Assembly: GCA_964016885.1 (NCBI GenBank)
Contig: OZ024743.1
Span: 236,158,001 to 236,222,000 of the forward strand
Reading direction: 5' to 3'
Length of the DNA stretch: 64,000 nucleotides
From: Eledone cirrhosa
Taxonomy: Eukaryota
The notes below the pieces were generated by a model, which saw nothing but the letters and a program-made list of their open reading frames with translations, did no database searches and was not told the DNA's origin. Shown piece by piece: positions 26,201-39,472 of the stretch (the stretch's first letter is position 1; every line of letters begins with the position of its first letter). The translations under genes were made by a program, and so were the position numbers.

Positions 26201-29200
26201 TGTTGTTGTTGGTGTTGTTGGTGTTGTTGTTGGTGTTGTTGTTGGTGTTGGTGGTGTTGTTGTTGGTGTTGTTGGTGTTGTTGTTGTTGGTGGTGTTGTT
26301 GTTGGTGGTGTTGGTGTTGTTGTTGTTGGTGTTGTTGTTGGTGTTGGTGGTGTTGTTGTTGGTGTTGTTGGTGTTGTTGTTGGTGGTGTTGTTGTTGTTG
26401 GTGTTGTTGGTGTTGTTGTTGGTGTTGTTGGTGTTGTTGGTGTTGTTGTTGGTGGTGTTGTTGGTGTTGTTGGTGTTGTTGTTGGTGTTGTTGGTGTTGT
26501 TGTTGTTATTGGTGTTGTTGTTGTTGGTGGTGTTGTTGGTGTTGTTGTTGGTGTTGTTGGTGTTGTTGTTGTTATTGGTGGTGTTGTTGTTGTTGTTGGT
26601 GTTGTCTGTGTTGTTGTTGGTGTTGTTGGTGTTGTTGTTGTTATTGGTGGTGTTGTTGTTGTTGGTGGTGTTGTTGTTGTTGGTGTTGTTGTTGTTGTTG
26701 TTGGCGTTGTTGTTGGTGTTGGTGGTGTTGTTGTTGTTGTTGGTGTTGTTGTTGTTGGTGGTGGTGTTGTTGTTGGTGCAGGTGTTGTTGTTGTTGGTGT
26801 TGTTGTTGGTGTTGGTGGTGTTGTTGTTGGTGTTGTAGGTGTTGTTGTTGTTGTTGGTGGTGTTGTTGTTGTTGCTGTTAGTGTTGTTGTTGTTGGTGTT
26901 GTTGCTGGTGTTGGTGGTGTTATTGTTGGTGTTGTTGGTGTTGTTGTTGGTGGTGTTGTTGTTGGTGGTGGTGTTGTTGTTGGTGTTGTTGTTGGTGGTG
27001 GTGTTGTTGTTGGTGTTGTTGTTGGTGTTGTTGTTGGTGTTGTTGTTGGTGCTGGTGGTGTTGTTTTTGGTGTTGTTGGTGTTGTTGTTATTGGTGTTGG
27101 TGGTGTTGTTGTTGTTGGTAGTGTTGTTGTTGTTGTTGGTGGTGTTGTTTGTGGTATTGGTGGTGTTGTTGTTGGTGTTGGTGTTGGTGGTATTGTTGGT
27201 GTTGGTGGTGTTGGTGGTGTTGGTGGTGGTGGTGTTGTTGTTGTTGGTGGTGGTGTTGTTGCTGGTGTTGTTGTTGTTGGTGTTGGTGGTGTTGTTGTTG
27301 TTGTTGGTGGTGTTGTTGTTGTTGGTGGTGGTGTTGTTATTGTTGGTGGTGTTGTTGTTGGTGTTGGTGGTGTTGGTGTTGGTGTTGGTGGTGTTGTTGT
27401 TGATGTTGTTGGTGTTGTTGTTGGTGTTCTTGTTGGTGTTGGTGGTGTTGTTGTTGGTGTTGTTGGTGTTGTTGTTGTTGGTGGTGGTGTTGTTGTTGGT
27501 GGTAGTGGTGTTGTTGTTGTTGGTGTTGTTGTTGGTGTTGGTGGTGTTGTTGTTGGTGTTGTTGGTGTTGTTGTTGGTGGTGTTGTTGTTGTTGGTGTTG
27601 TTGGTGTTGTTGTTGGTGTTGTTGGTGTTGTTGTTGTTATTGGTGTTGTTGTTGTTGGTGTTGTTGTTGGTGTTGTTGGTATTGTTGTTGTTATTGGTGG
27701 TGGTGTTGTTGTTGTTGGTGTTGTTTGTGTTGTTGTTGGTGTTGTTGGTGTTGTTGTTGTTATTGGTGGTGTTGTTGTTGTTGGTGTTGTTGTTGTTGTT
27801 GGTCTTATTGTTGTTGTTGTTGGCGTTGTTGTTGGTGTTGGTGGTGTTGTTGTTGGTGTTGTTGTTGTTGTTGTTGGTGGTGTTGTTGTTGTTGGTGGTG
27901 GTGTTGTTGTTGTTGGTGTTGTTGTTGGTGTTGTTGTTGTTGTTGTTGTTGTTGTTGGTGTTGTTGTTGTTGGTGGTGGTGTTGTTGTTGTTGGTGTTGT
28001 TGTTGGTGTTGGTGGTGTTGTTGTTGGTGATGTAGGTGTTGTTGTTGTTGTTGGTGGTGTTGTTGTTGTTGTTGGTGGTAGTGTTGTTGTTGTTGGTGTT
28101 GTTGCTGGTGTTGGTGGTGTTGTTGTTGGTGTTGTTGGTGTTGTTGTTGGTGGTGTTGTTGTTGGTGGTGGTGTTGTTGTTGGTGTTGTTGTTGGTGGTG
28201 GTGTTGTTGTTGGTGTTGTTGTTGGTGTTGTTGTTGGTGTTGGTGGTGTTGTTTTTGGTGTTGTTGGTGTTGTTGTTATTGGTGTTGGTGGTGTTGTTGT
28301 TGTTGGTAGTGTTGTTGTTGTTGTTGGTGGTGTAGTTTGTGGTATTGGTGGTGTTGTTGTTGGTGTTGGTGTTGGTGGTATTGTTGGTGTTGGTGGTGTT
28401 GGTGGTGTTGGTGGTGGTGGTGTTGTTGTTGTTGGTGGTGGTGTTGTTGGTGGTGTTGTTGTTATTGGTGTTGGTGGTGTTGTTGTTGGTGGTGGTGTTG
28501 TTGTTGTTGTTGGTGGTGTTGTTATTGTTGGTGGTGGTGTTGTTGGTGTTGGTGGTGTTGTTGGTGGCGTTGTTGGTGTTGTTGGTGTTGGTGGTGTTGT
28601 CGGTGGTGTTGGTGGTGTTGTTGTTGGTGGTGTTGTTGGTGTTGCTGTTGGTGTTGGTGGTGTTGTTGTTGGTGTTGGTCGTGTTGTTGTTTGTGTTGTT
28701 GGTGTTGTTGTTGTTGGTGTTGATGGTGTTGTTGGTGGTGTTGTTGTTGTTGGTGGTGTTGTTGTTGGTGGTGTTGTTGTTGGTGGTGGTGTTGTTGTTG
28801 TTGGTGGTGGTGCTGCTGGTGTTTGTGGTGTTTTTGGTGTTGGTGTTGGTGGTGTTGTTGGTGTTGGGGGTGTTGGTGGTGTTGGTGGTGTTGTTGGTGG
28901 TGTTGTTGGTGTTGGTGGTGCTGTAGATGTTGGTGGTGTTGTTGTTGGTGTTGGTGGTGTTGTTGGTGTTGGTGGTGGTGGTGTTGTTGTTGGTGGTGGT
29001 GTTGTTGGTGTTGGTGGTGTTGTTGGTGGTATTGGTGGTGGTGTTGTTGTTGTTGATGGTGTTGTTGTTGGTGGTGTTGTTTTTGGTGTTGTTGGTGTTG
29101 TTGTTGTTGGTGTTGGTGGTGTTGTTGTTGTTGGTAGTGTTGTTGTTGTTGTTGTTGGTGTTGTTGGTGGTATTGGTGGTGTTGGTGTTGGTGTTGGTGG

Positions 29201-29472
29201 TATTGTTGGTGTTGGTGGTGTTGGTGGTGTTGGTGGTGTTGGTGGTGTTGGTGGTGTTGTGGTGGTGGTGTTGGTGTTGCTGGTGGTATTGTTGTTGGTG
29301 GTGTTGTTGGTGGTGTTGGTGGTGGTGGTGGTAGTGTTGGTGTTGCTGGTGTTGTTGGTGTGGTTGTTGGTGTTGTTGGTGTTGGTGGTGTTGGTGGTGT
29401 TTTGTGTTGTTGGTGGTGGTGTTGATGTTGGTGGTATTGTTGGTGTTGGTGGTGTTGGTTGCGTTGTTGGTG
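17880..29472. repeat. 11.6-kb (GTT/GGT)n compound array with kb-scale internal duplications; Thr/Pro mucin-like frame open on the minus strand
   Basis: Unbroken 3-nt phase; variant markers recur at 21066, 23901 and 26151. Confidence 0.95.
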
Positions 29473-29688
29473 TGAAAGGTGTTCCTCCTCTGATAATTTT
29501 ACTGTTTAACACTTGATTGATCAGAGATATTAGTATTTTAAAAAAACCTGTAATGTTCGTAGAAATGCACGTTTGGGTTGTGTTTATATTATTGTATGTT
29601 TGTATAGGTAGTATATAATGTATGTTTATATAGGTAGTAGATGGGGTGTGGTGAGGGTATACAGTTTTAAATAGTACTAAGAAATATT

Positions 29689-29879
29689 TTTTTCTACTTT
29701 TGGCACAAGGCCAGCAATTATTATTCCAGTGCATTACTGGTACTTTATTTTATCGACCCCGTAAGGATGAAAGGCAAAGTTAACTTCGGCAGGATTTGAA
29801 CTGAGACCGTAAAGGGACGTAACTCTATGCTGCAAAGCATGGCGTCCGACCCTCTACCGATACTGCCAATCTACCACCC
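29689..29879 (-). mobile_element. SINE family 1, full length
   Basis: tRNA-like head plus Meta-like core; TSD taagaaatatt at 29678-88 / 29880-90. Confidence 0.88.
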
Positions 29880-30094
29880 TAAGAAATATTACGTGGTATT
29901 AGCCTAGATACTATATATTGAAGTTGTTGTTATACATAAGTTCAAAGACCTCCACCATCCTGTCTTTTGTTCAGATATAGTCTACCTAGACATATATAAT
30001 CCAATGTGTCCTTTGACAGAAAAGTTGGAAAGGTGTGGTGTGAGAGGAGGTTTTTAAGTTGGTCGATTTCGTAGAGCTGTTAGGTCAGACAGAT

Positions 30095-30101
30095 TCTTCT
30101 T

Positions 30102-30132
<31 letters not shown>

Positions 30133-30182
30133 TTCTTCTTCTTCTTCTTCTTCTTCTTCTTCTTCTTCTTCTTCTTCTTCTT

Positions 30183-30214
<32 letters not shown>

Positions 30215-30725
30215 CCCACTTATTCCTGAGAGAGTCGTGAGGAGAGAGTCCTCAAACACTCCTTCCAGCGGATCCTGTGAGCAGCAACCATCTTCAATTG
30301 CTCCAAGCAGCCAAGCTCATGGACGTTATCCAACCATCTTGCTCGGGGGCAATTCTGGGTCTCCTGCCGGCTGGTTTTGCCCGTCAAATCTGTCCAATGA
30401 TTCTTTCCTGAGATATTTTAACCACATGTCTATAGTATCGGAGCCCTGATCACTCAATTCGGAGAAGTAATAACTCTACATGGAGTGACTCTCTGATCTC
30501 CGAACTAAGCACTTTATCGAGAGCACTTTATCCAAAGACCCTCTGGAGGAACCCCATTTCGGCCGCTTGTATCAGCGATCGTATTCTTTCGGTTATTACC
30601 CAAGATTCATGACCATGGGTAAGGGTTGGCACTAATACCGAATTAAAGATAGCGAGTTTGGCTTTTTCGCCTATCTCTCTTCTTCTGATTACTGAATGCT
30701 GAATCTGTCAGATAGATTGCGTTAC
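30095..30725 (-). mobile_element. 3' fragment of an RTE-clade LINE (Expander/Rex3-like) with (AAG)n tail
   Basis: Minus strand encodes PTLTHGHESWVITERIRSLIQAAEMGFL; (CTT)n at 30095-30212. Confidence 0.75.
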
Positions 30726-31734
30726 AATAATGATCTGGAGCTGTGAGTTCAGATCTTGGCGATATCTACTTTGTCACTCGATTAAGAAAGTACGAACCCA
30801 GTGTTGATGTGATCCACTCTTCCTTCATCTCTCACATCCTAGATGTTCCCTTCAGTTTAAGAAGGTACGTCAAGGGTCAACTTTACATTTCATCCAAAAA
30901 TACCAGTCAAATACTGGAGTTGGTTAAATCCATTCCACCTTAAATGTACTTCTTTGTTCACGTATAAGAAATGTTGATATTTATCGTAAGGTGAATGGTC
31001 AAGGTTTATTTTAAAACAGTGAGGCCTGACACACGATTAATCTATAGATTTTCCGGTGTAATTCTCTCATAAAGACTTCCATTTGTTTTAAAGTTAAAGT
31101 TGTTTCAATTTCAAGTCAATAACGGGACCTGAGTCCGTCTCCCCCCCCCCCCTTACAATTACTGACATCCTGCTATTAAACATAAATGAATTATACACTG
31201 CTCCCACTGCTTACAGAGACAATCTGTGTCTAAGCCAGTGGTTGTCAAACTGACAAACTTACATACACGCACACACACATACATATACATACACACACAC
31301 ACACAGACACACACATGCACGCACACACACACATACACATACATACAGACACACACATACACACGTGCACACACACACACATATACTCACATACACACAC
31401 ATACACAAAGACCACAACTCCGCTAATCGACCACCATAGAGGAGCAGAGACCATTGCAGTAACGGTACAAAAGAGGAACAGATATTGGAGAGTGTTAATG
31501 TGGGACTTTCAAGCGATTAACGAGTGATTGTTCTCTGTAAGAGAGGCAACTTCACTAAAGATACCCTAGGGTAGATAGGAGTGTTAAACTGGGTGATGGA
31601 TTATGTCTACCACCCAATTAAGCCAGAGAATGATTTAAACAGATGAAAGAAAGAGGCAACGAGATGCCAAAGGACATCTCGTTCTGACGACTCCACTAAC
31701 CAACAGCCGTAGACTGTTAGGTAGTTCATCATAA

Positions 31735-31900
31735 TAATTGTTTCTACTTTTGGAACAAAGCCAGCAGTTATCCCAGTGTATTACTGGTACTTTATATTAT
31801 CGACCCCGTAAGGATGAAATGCAAAGTTAACCTCGACCGGATTTGAACTCAGACTGTAAAGGGCCGTAACTCTTTGCTGTAAAGCATGGCGTCAGAGCCT
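31735..31900 (-). mobile_element. SINE family 1, 5'-truncated
   Basis: Same core; TSD-like cataataat on both sides. Confidence 0.8.
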
Positions 31901-32398
31901 CATAATAATAGTCATGTCTATTCAATATTCAAAGGATTCTATGTTGGCTATCGTACTGAAAATTATCTGAATGAAACCCTCAGTTATAATAGTGGCTATT
32001 ATATAATACTTTCATTATTGAAGACACTGCTTGGTTAGAATATCTTGTACGAAATTGTTTAGAAAGAGAGAAAAAAATCTGCCGAAAAAAAAAATGGTTT
32101 GCAGACACGCAGTAACACAAATATATCTGTGTAAAACGTGTATGTATGTGTATGTGTATGTGTGTGTGTGTTTGTGTGTGTGTATGTGTATATATATCTG
32201 CATGTATGTATGTATATATAGATGTATGTATGTATAGGTGTGTATGTATGTATATATGCATATATGTATATATATGCATATATGTATATATATGCATATA
32301 TACATACATACACATCTATACATACATACATCGATATATACATACATACATACATGCAGATATATATACACATACACACACACAAACACACACACACG

Positions 32399-32494
<96 letters not shown>

Positions 32495-32577
32495 TGTGTG
32501 TATGTATGTATGTATATCTATATATATATATATAGAGAGAGAGAATAGAATGAAACGAAATTTCATTTCTCACTCTT

Positions 32578-32634
32578 AGGAAGGTATACGATGCTGACGA
32601 TAGCTAATAAGCTTGAAACTAGTACATCGTTCCT
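32578..32634 (+). ncRNA. Type I HHR (430-bp family)
   Basis: agga..acgatg-CTGACGA-tagct(aata)agctt-GAAA-ctag-TA-catcgt-tcct. Confidence 0.8.
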
Positions 32635-32849
32635 GTGTCAGTGTTGAACAAAAAGGTGACGTGGTTGCCTAAACACTGTACGGCGTAATTCGGGGTGTTG
32701 GTTTGTTTACAAACAAACAAACCGAACATTATAGTAAATGTTCAGTAAACCGATACGTGCATATATATATATGTGTGCATGTATGTATATATATACATAC
32801 TACTGTACGTCTGTATACATATATGTATGTACGTATACATACATACATA

Positions 32850-32928
<79 letters not shown>

Positions 32929-32931
32929 ATA

Positions 32932-32983
<52 letters not shown>

Positions 32984-33170
32984 TATATATATATGTATAT
33001 ATATATATATATTCATATATATATATACATATAGATACATATATACATATACATACATATATATATGTATATATACATATACATATATATATATGTATAT
33101 ATACATATACATATATATATGTATATATACATATACAGACACATATAAATGTATACATACATATACACAC

Positions 33171-33201
<31 letters not shown>

Positions 33202-33310
33202 TTCATATATATATATATACATATAGATACATATATACATATACATACATATATATATATATGAATGTATGTATATGTATATATGTATCTATATGTATAT
33301 ATATATATGA

Positions 33311-33342
<32 letters not shown>

Positions 33343-33559
33343 GTGTATATGTATGTATACATATATATGTGTGTGTATATGTATATACACATATATATAT
33401 GTATATGTATATATACATATATATATATGTATATGTATGTATATGTATATATGTATCTATATGTATATATATATGAATATATATATAAATGTAAGTATGT
33501 ATGTATACGTACATACATATATGTATACAGACGTACAGTAGCATGCATATATATATATA

Positions 33560-33775
33560 AGGCGTGTGGCTGAGTGGTTAGAGAATTGGATTCGCAATCG
33601 TAAGGTTGTGAGTTCGATTCCTGGACCAGGCGATGCGTTATGTCCTTGAGCAAGACACTTTATTTCACGTTGCTCCTTCTACCTGGAGCTGCGACCGATA
33701 GATAGTATTAGCAATTGGAAAGACCAACGGAAACATTGTTCCCTCGGTCCGATTTGACGAAAGTCGATCGTTCTT
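33560..33775 (+). mobile_element. SINE family 2 (CORE-like); its 3' part recurs inverted at ~36990-37113
   Basis: A-box tggctgagtgg, B-box gttcgattcc, core tgtccttgagcaagacactt. Confidence 0.8.
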
Positions 33776-33946
33776 CTTCTTCATATATATATATATACAT
33801 ACAGGTACACATATATATATGTACGTATCAGTTTAGCGGACGTTTATTATAACGCCCGCTTTGTCCGTTTGTAAACAAACGGACAGCCTGATTTATGCCG
33901 TACGGTGTTAAGGCAACCACGTCACCTTTTTGTTCAACACTGACAC

Positions 33947-34003
33947 AGGAACGATGTACTAGTTTCAAGCTTCTTAGCTATCATCAGCACTGTGTACCCT
34001 TCT
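33947..34003 (-). ncRNA. Type I HHR (430-bp family), stem I partly decayed
   Basis: acagtg-CTGATGA-tagctaagaagctt-GAAA-ctag-TA-catcgt. Confidence 0.65.
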
Positions 34004-34228
34004 GCCAGATGGTTGAACGTTCGAAAGTATATACTTTCCTTATGAAAATTAACGGCTGAGCAGCCTAATTTGCATATCGAGTGAGTTCAGTCGGCCAGGC
34101 GTACCGAAAACGATAAGTTGTAATAGAATGAAACGAAATTTCATTTCTCACTCTTGGAACGGCACTTACTTAAATGTAAGTATGTATGTATACGTACATA
34201 CATATATGTATACAGACGTACAGTAGCA

Positions 34229-34308
<80 letters not shown>

Positions 34309-34474
34309 CAGGTACACATATATATATGTACGTATCAGTTTAGCGGACGTTTATTATAACGCCCGCTTTGTCCGTTTGTAAACAAACGGACAGTCTAATT
34401 TGTTTACAAACGGACAAAGCGGGCGTTATAATAAACGTCCGCTAAACTGATACGTACATATATATGTGTACCTG

Positions 34475-34534
<60 letters not shown>

Positions 34535-34739
34535 TGCTACTGTACGTCTGTATACATATATGTATGTACGTATACATACATACTTACATTTAAGTAAGTG
34601 CCGTACTAAGAGTGAGAAATGAAATTTCGTCTCATTCTATTACAATATATATATACATATATATATAATATATATATATAATATATATATAATATATATA
34701 TAATATATATATAATATATATATATATACATATACATAT

Positions 34740-34808
<69 letters not shown>

Positions 34809-34852
34809 ATATATATATATACATATATGTATATATATATATAGAGAGAGAG

Positions 34853-34901
<49 letters not shown>

Positions 34902-35093
34902 CATGTATATATATATACTTATATATACATAAATATATATATATACATATATATATATATACATATATATATGCATACGTACGTATATATATGCATATAT
35001 ACATACATACACATCTATACATACATACATCTATATATACATACATACATGCAGATATATATACACATACACACACACAAACACATAGATAAA

Positions 35094-35338
<245 letters not shown>

Positions 35339-35444
35339 CTATATTGTTTCTTCACCGTTAAATATTTCTAAAGATGTTCTCAATACAATAAAAGATGTAT
35401 TGAGAACAGGTTTGAACCAGTGAAATATTTGACGATAGTTAAAA

Positions 35445-35855
35445 TAACAACAAAAACTACAACAGCAGTAGCAGCCACAGCAGCAGTAGCAGCAGCAGTA
35501 ACAACAACAACAGCAGCAGCAGCAGAAGCAGCAGTAGCAGCAACAACAGCAACAACAACAGCAACAACAAAGAAAACAGCTGCAGCAGCAACACAACAGC
35601 AGCGCTAACTACACCACCACTACTATCATGACCACCACCACTACTATCATGACGACGACCACCACCAGCATCACCACCACCACTACTATCACTACCACTA
35701 CCACCACCACACCACCACACCACCTCTACCACCACCATCACCACGACGGACACCACCACCACCCCACCACCACCACTATTACGACAACGACGACGACCAC
35801 CACCACTACCACTATTACCAGCACCACCACCGACAACAACAACAGGAACAACAGA
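35445..35855. repeat. (CAG/CAA)n followed by (CAC)n trinucleotide repeats
   Basis: Direct reading. Confidence 0.9.
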
Positions 35856-36029
35856 AAAAAAGCTAAAATTTCTAATCGGATCTTGGACAAAATAATGAAG
35901 AAAAAAAAATCAACAGAAATCTTAGAATTAAAATTTCAGAAACCTGAAATATCGATTGAAATTGTATTGAAATTGTATTGAAATTGTATTGAAATTATAT
36001 TATAGCAGTTTTTGGAAAAATATAATTCT

Positions 36030-36190
36030 CGCTAACAAAGGACCAGGCCAATAATTTGGGAGGAGAGGAAAGACGAGGTTATTGACCCCAGTACTTTACT
36101 GGTACTTATTTTATCAACTGAAGATGAAAGATAAAATTGATCTTGGCCTGATTTGAACTCGGAAAGTAAATGGTCGGAAGTAAATACCGC
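36030..36190 (-). mobile_element. Diverged SINE related to family 1
   Basis: actggtacttattttatc...gatttgaactc. Confidence 0.6.
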
Positions 36191-36254
36191 TCTCACGATT
36201 CTTGTACTCTCATCTCTTTATGCCAATCAAAATGAAATCGGAGATAATCACCGA

Positions 36255-36635
36255 CCAGATGAGCTGGGTGACTTGGGACAGACTTTTTAAACAGGAGATG
36301 AGAGAGTCACTCCAGGTAGAGCTGCTACTTCTCCGAATTGAGATATCATAGCTCTGATACTATGGATATATGGTTAGAATGGGGTTTCTCCGAAAGGTCT
36401 TTGGAGTAACGTTAAACGATAGTGTGTAGTTCGGAGATGAGTCACTCCTGGTAGAGCTGCTACTTCTCCGAATTGAGAGATTATAGCTCCTATACTATTG
36501 ATATGTGGTTAGAATGTCTCAGAAAAGAATTGCAGGGCAGATTTTACATGCAAAACCAACCGGTAGGAGATCCAGTAGTAGACCCTGAGTAAGATGGTTG
36601 GATAGCATCCTTGAGGTTGGCTGGTCTCGCTTGAT
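36255..36635 (+). mobile_element. RTE LINE 3' fragments with an internal duplication
   Basis: gagtcactccaggtagagctgctacttctccgaattgag occurs twice; homologous to the reverse complement of ~30330-30550. Confidence 0.6.
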
Positions 36636-37155
36636 CAGTTGGTGGTGGTGGTGGTGGTGGTGGTGGTGGCGGTGGCGGCGGCGGCGGCGGTGGCGGCGGT
36701 GGTGGTGGTGGAGAATTTTTCATTTGTAGCAGTCCGTTCAAGAATTCATTCTTTCATCTCTAATATTTATAATTGTTATATATATCTTTGAGAAGTTTAA
36801 GAAGCCTTGGCTCAGGCCATGTAATGTTAAAGAGACCGGAACCAGCACAGGTGAAATAATTGTGCCGTATTGTTGTTAAGAGATGCGAGTTTGATTTTTG
36901 GTGTATATATATATATATATATATGAGTATATATATATATATAAATATATATATATATAAATATATATATATATAAATATATATTGACAGTCGATCGACT
37001 TTCGTCAAATCGGACCAAGGAAACAATGTTTCCGTTGGTCTTTCCAATTGCTAATACTATCTATCGGTCCTAGTAGAAGGAGCAACGTGAAATAAAGTGT
37101 CTTGCTTAAAGACATAAAACGAGGTGGGTGTTATATATATATATATATATATATA

Positions 37156-37347
37156 ATAATTGTTTCTACTTTAGGAACAAGGTCAGCAATTACCCAGTGC
37201 ATTACTGGTACATTATTTTATCGACCCCGTAAGGATGAAAGGCAAAGTCAACCTCGGCGGGATTTGAACTCAGATCGTAAAGGGACGGAACTATGCTGGA
37301 AAGCATGGCGTCCGACCCTCTACCGATACTGCCAATCCACCGCCCTT
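37156..37347 (-). mobile_element. SINE family 1, full length; its head is duplicated in inverted orientation at 37514-37586
   Basis: Direct comparison. Confidence 0.88.
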
Positions 37348-37374
37348 ATATATATATATATACTCACCTCCTAC

Positions 37375-37461
<87 letters not shown>

Positions 37462-37472
37462 TCACCTCCTAC

Positions 37473-37517
<45 letters not shown>

Positions 37518-37583
37518 GCGGTGGATTGGCAGTATCGGTAGAGGGTCGGACGCCATGCTTTCCAGCATAGTTACGTCCCTTTA

Positions 37584-37626
<43 letters not shown>

Positions 37627-37912
37627 GTAGGAGGTGAGTTTTATTGTAGTACAATAAAGCAATGCAGATATCGGATAAGAAGCACTCTACAGTTTGTGGG
37701 ACTGGAGTATGCATAATATAAGATCAAAAGATGGTTAAAGGAGTTCCATATATTTTATTATGCGCATTTCAAAAACAAACATCATCAAGCAATAATATTT
37801 GTGTTTTCATCAGATAAAACAGGAGAAACATGATATGAAGGCTAAAAAAACACTTGTTGATAGTGCAGTTTTAAATCAACATTTTTTTTAGCCTTCATAT
37901 CATGTTCTCCTG

Positions 37913-37979
37913 TTTTATCTGATGAAAACACAAATATTATTGCTTGATGATGTTTGTTTTTGAAATGCGCATAATAAAA
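37913..37979 (+). ncRNA. Type I HHR with long stem II; inverted twin at 37753-37819
   Basis: ttttat-CTGATGA-aaacacaaatattatt(gctt)gatgatgtttgttttt-GAAA-tgcgca-TA-ataaaa. Confidence 0.75.
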
Positions 37980-38011
37980 TATATGGAACTCCTTTAACCA
38001 TCTTTTGATCT

Positions 38012-38071
<60 letters not shown>

Positions 38072-38077
<6 letters not shown>

Positions 38078-38514
38078 ATAAAATGTATCATACCTAAACT
38101 GCTCCTAGATTCCTCGACTACGTAGTTTCGTGGCATAAACAAAAACAATACATCATAAAGATATATAGTCCCTGCGAGGTCTGCCGACTTATCAAGAGGA
38201 TACCTCATTTTACTAGACCTCGCAGGGACTCTATATCTTTATGATGTATTGTTTTTGTTTATGCCACGAAACTACGTAGTCGAGGAATCTAGGAGCAGTT
38301 TAGGTATGATACATTTTATTACTAATTATATCTAAATGTTTCTTCTCTCTTCATAATGTATTTTTAACTCTGATACTGGTTCAGTCTAGTTCAACACTAT
38401 TGGTCTGTCCCAGTCATTCATTGAGCAACATCGGTGAAGTTAGCACCCTTAACTCACGGTTGGGTGCGGGTGCATTCATGTATATGTGTGTGTCCGCATG
38501 TATCTGTGTGTTTC

Positions 38515-38564
<50 letters not shown>

Positions 38565-39404
38565 TTAGAAACACACAGATACATGCGGACACACACATAT
38601 ACATGAATGCATCCACACCCAACCGTGAGTTAAGGGTGCCAACCTCACCGATGTTGCTCAATGAATGACTGGGACAGACCAATCCGGTTGAACTAGACTG
38701 AACCAGTATCAGAGTTAAAAATACATTATGAAGAGAGAACGAACATTTAGATATAATTAGTAATAAAATGTATCATACCTAAACTGCTCCTAGATTCCTC
38801 GACTACGTAGTTTCGTGGCATAAACAAAAACAATACATCATAAAGATATAGAGTCCCTGCGAGGTCTGCCCACTTATCAAGAGGATACCTCATTTTACAA
38901 GTCTCAAGAACGCGTCTACACGACGTGAGAAAGAATCCCAAAAGGCGGAGGGGGAGATAGTCACGCGATATAACGGTCGAGAAACAGAGCTAAGCCTCTT
39001 ATAACCCCGAAGAAAATACCACAGAGGCGGAGGGGGTATTCATATCGAAGCCGTAGAAGAGGTGGTGAAGGAGGCTTCTACGGCTTCGATATGAATACCC
39101 CCTCCGCCTCTGTGGTATTTTCTTCGGGGTTATAAGAGGCTTAGCTCTGTTTCTCGACCGTTATATCGCGTGACTATCTCCCCCTCCGCCTTTTGGGATT
39201 CTTTCTCACGTCGTGTAGACGCGTTCTTGAGACTAGTAAAATGAGGTATCCTCTTGATAAGTCGGCAGACCTCGCAGGGACTCTATATCTTTATGATGTA
39301 TTGTTTTTGTTTATGCCACGAAACTACGTAGTCGAGGAATCTAGGAGCAGTTTAGGTATGATACATTTTATTACTAATTATATCTAAATGTTCGTTCTCT
39401 CTTC

Positions 39405-39472
<68 letters not shown>

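Larger units (their letters stand above)
32540..34645. mobile_element. Rearranged cluster of the 430-bp HHR repeat family in (TA)-rich DNA
   Basis: Blocks homologous to 53070-53815 in both orientations, interrupted by TA-rich tracts and a SINE. Confidence 0.8.

Noticed and set aside
17565-29516. 3983-aa V/G ORF and the L/V and C/W ORFs on the plus strand
   Set aside because: Automatic translations of (GTT/GGT)n with no protein features.
33560-33630. tRNA gene
   Set aside because: A/B boxes run straight into a SINE core; no complete cloverleaf.
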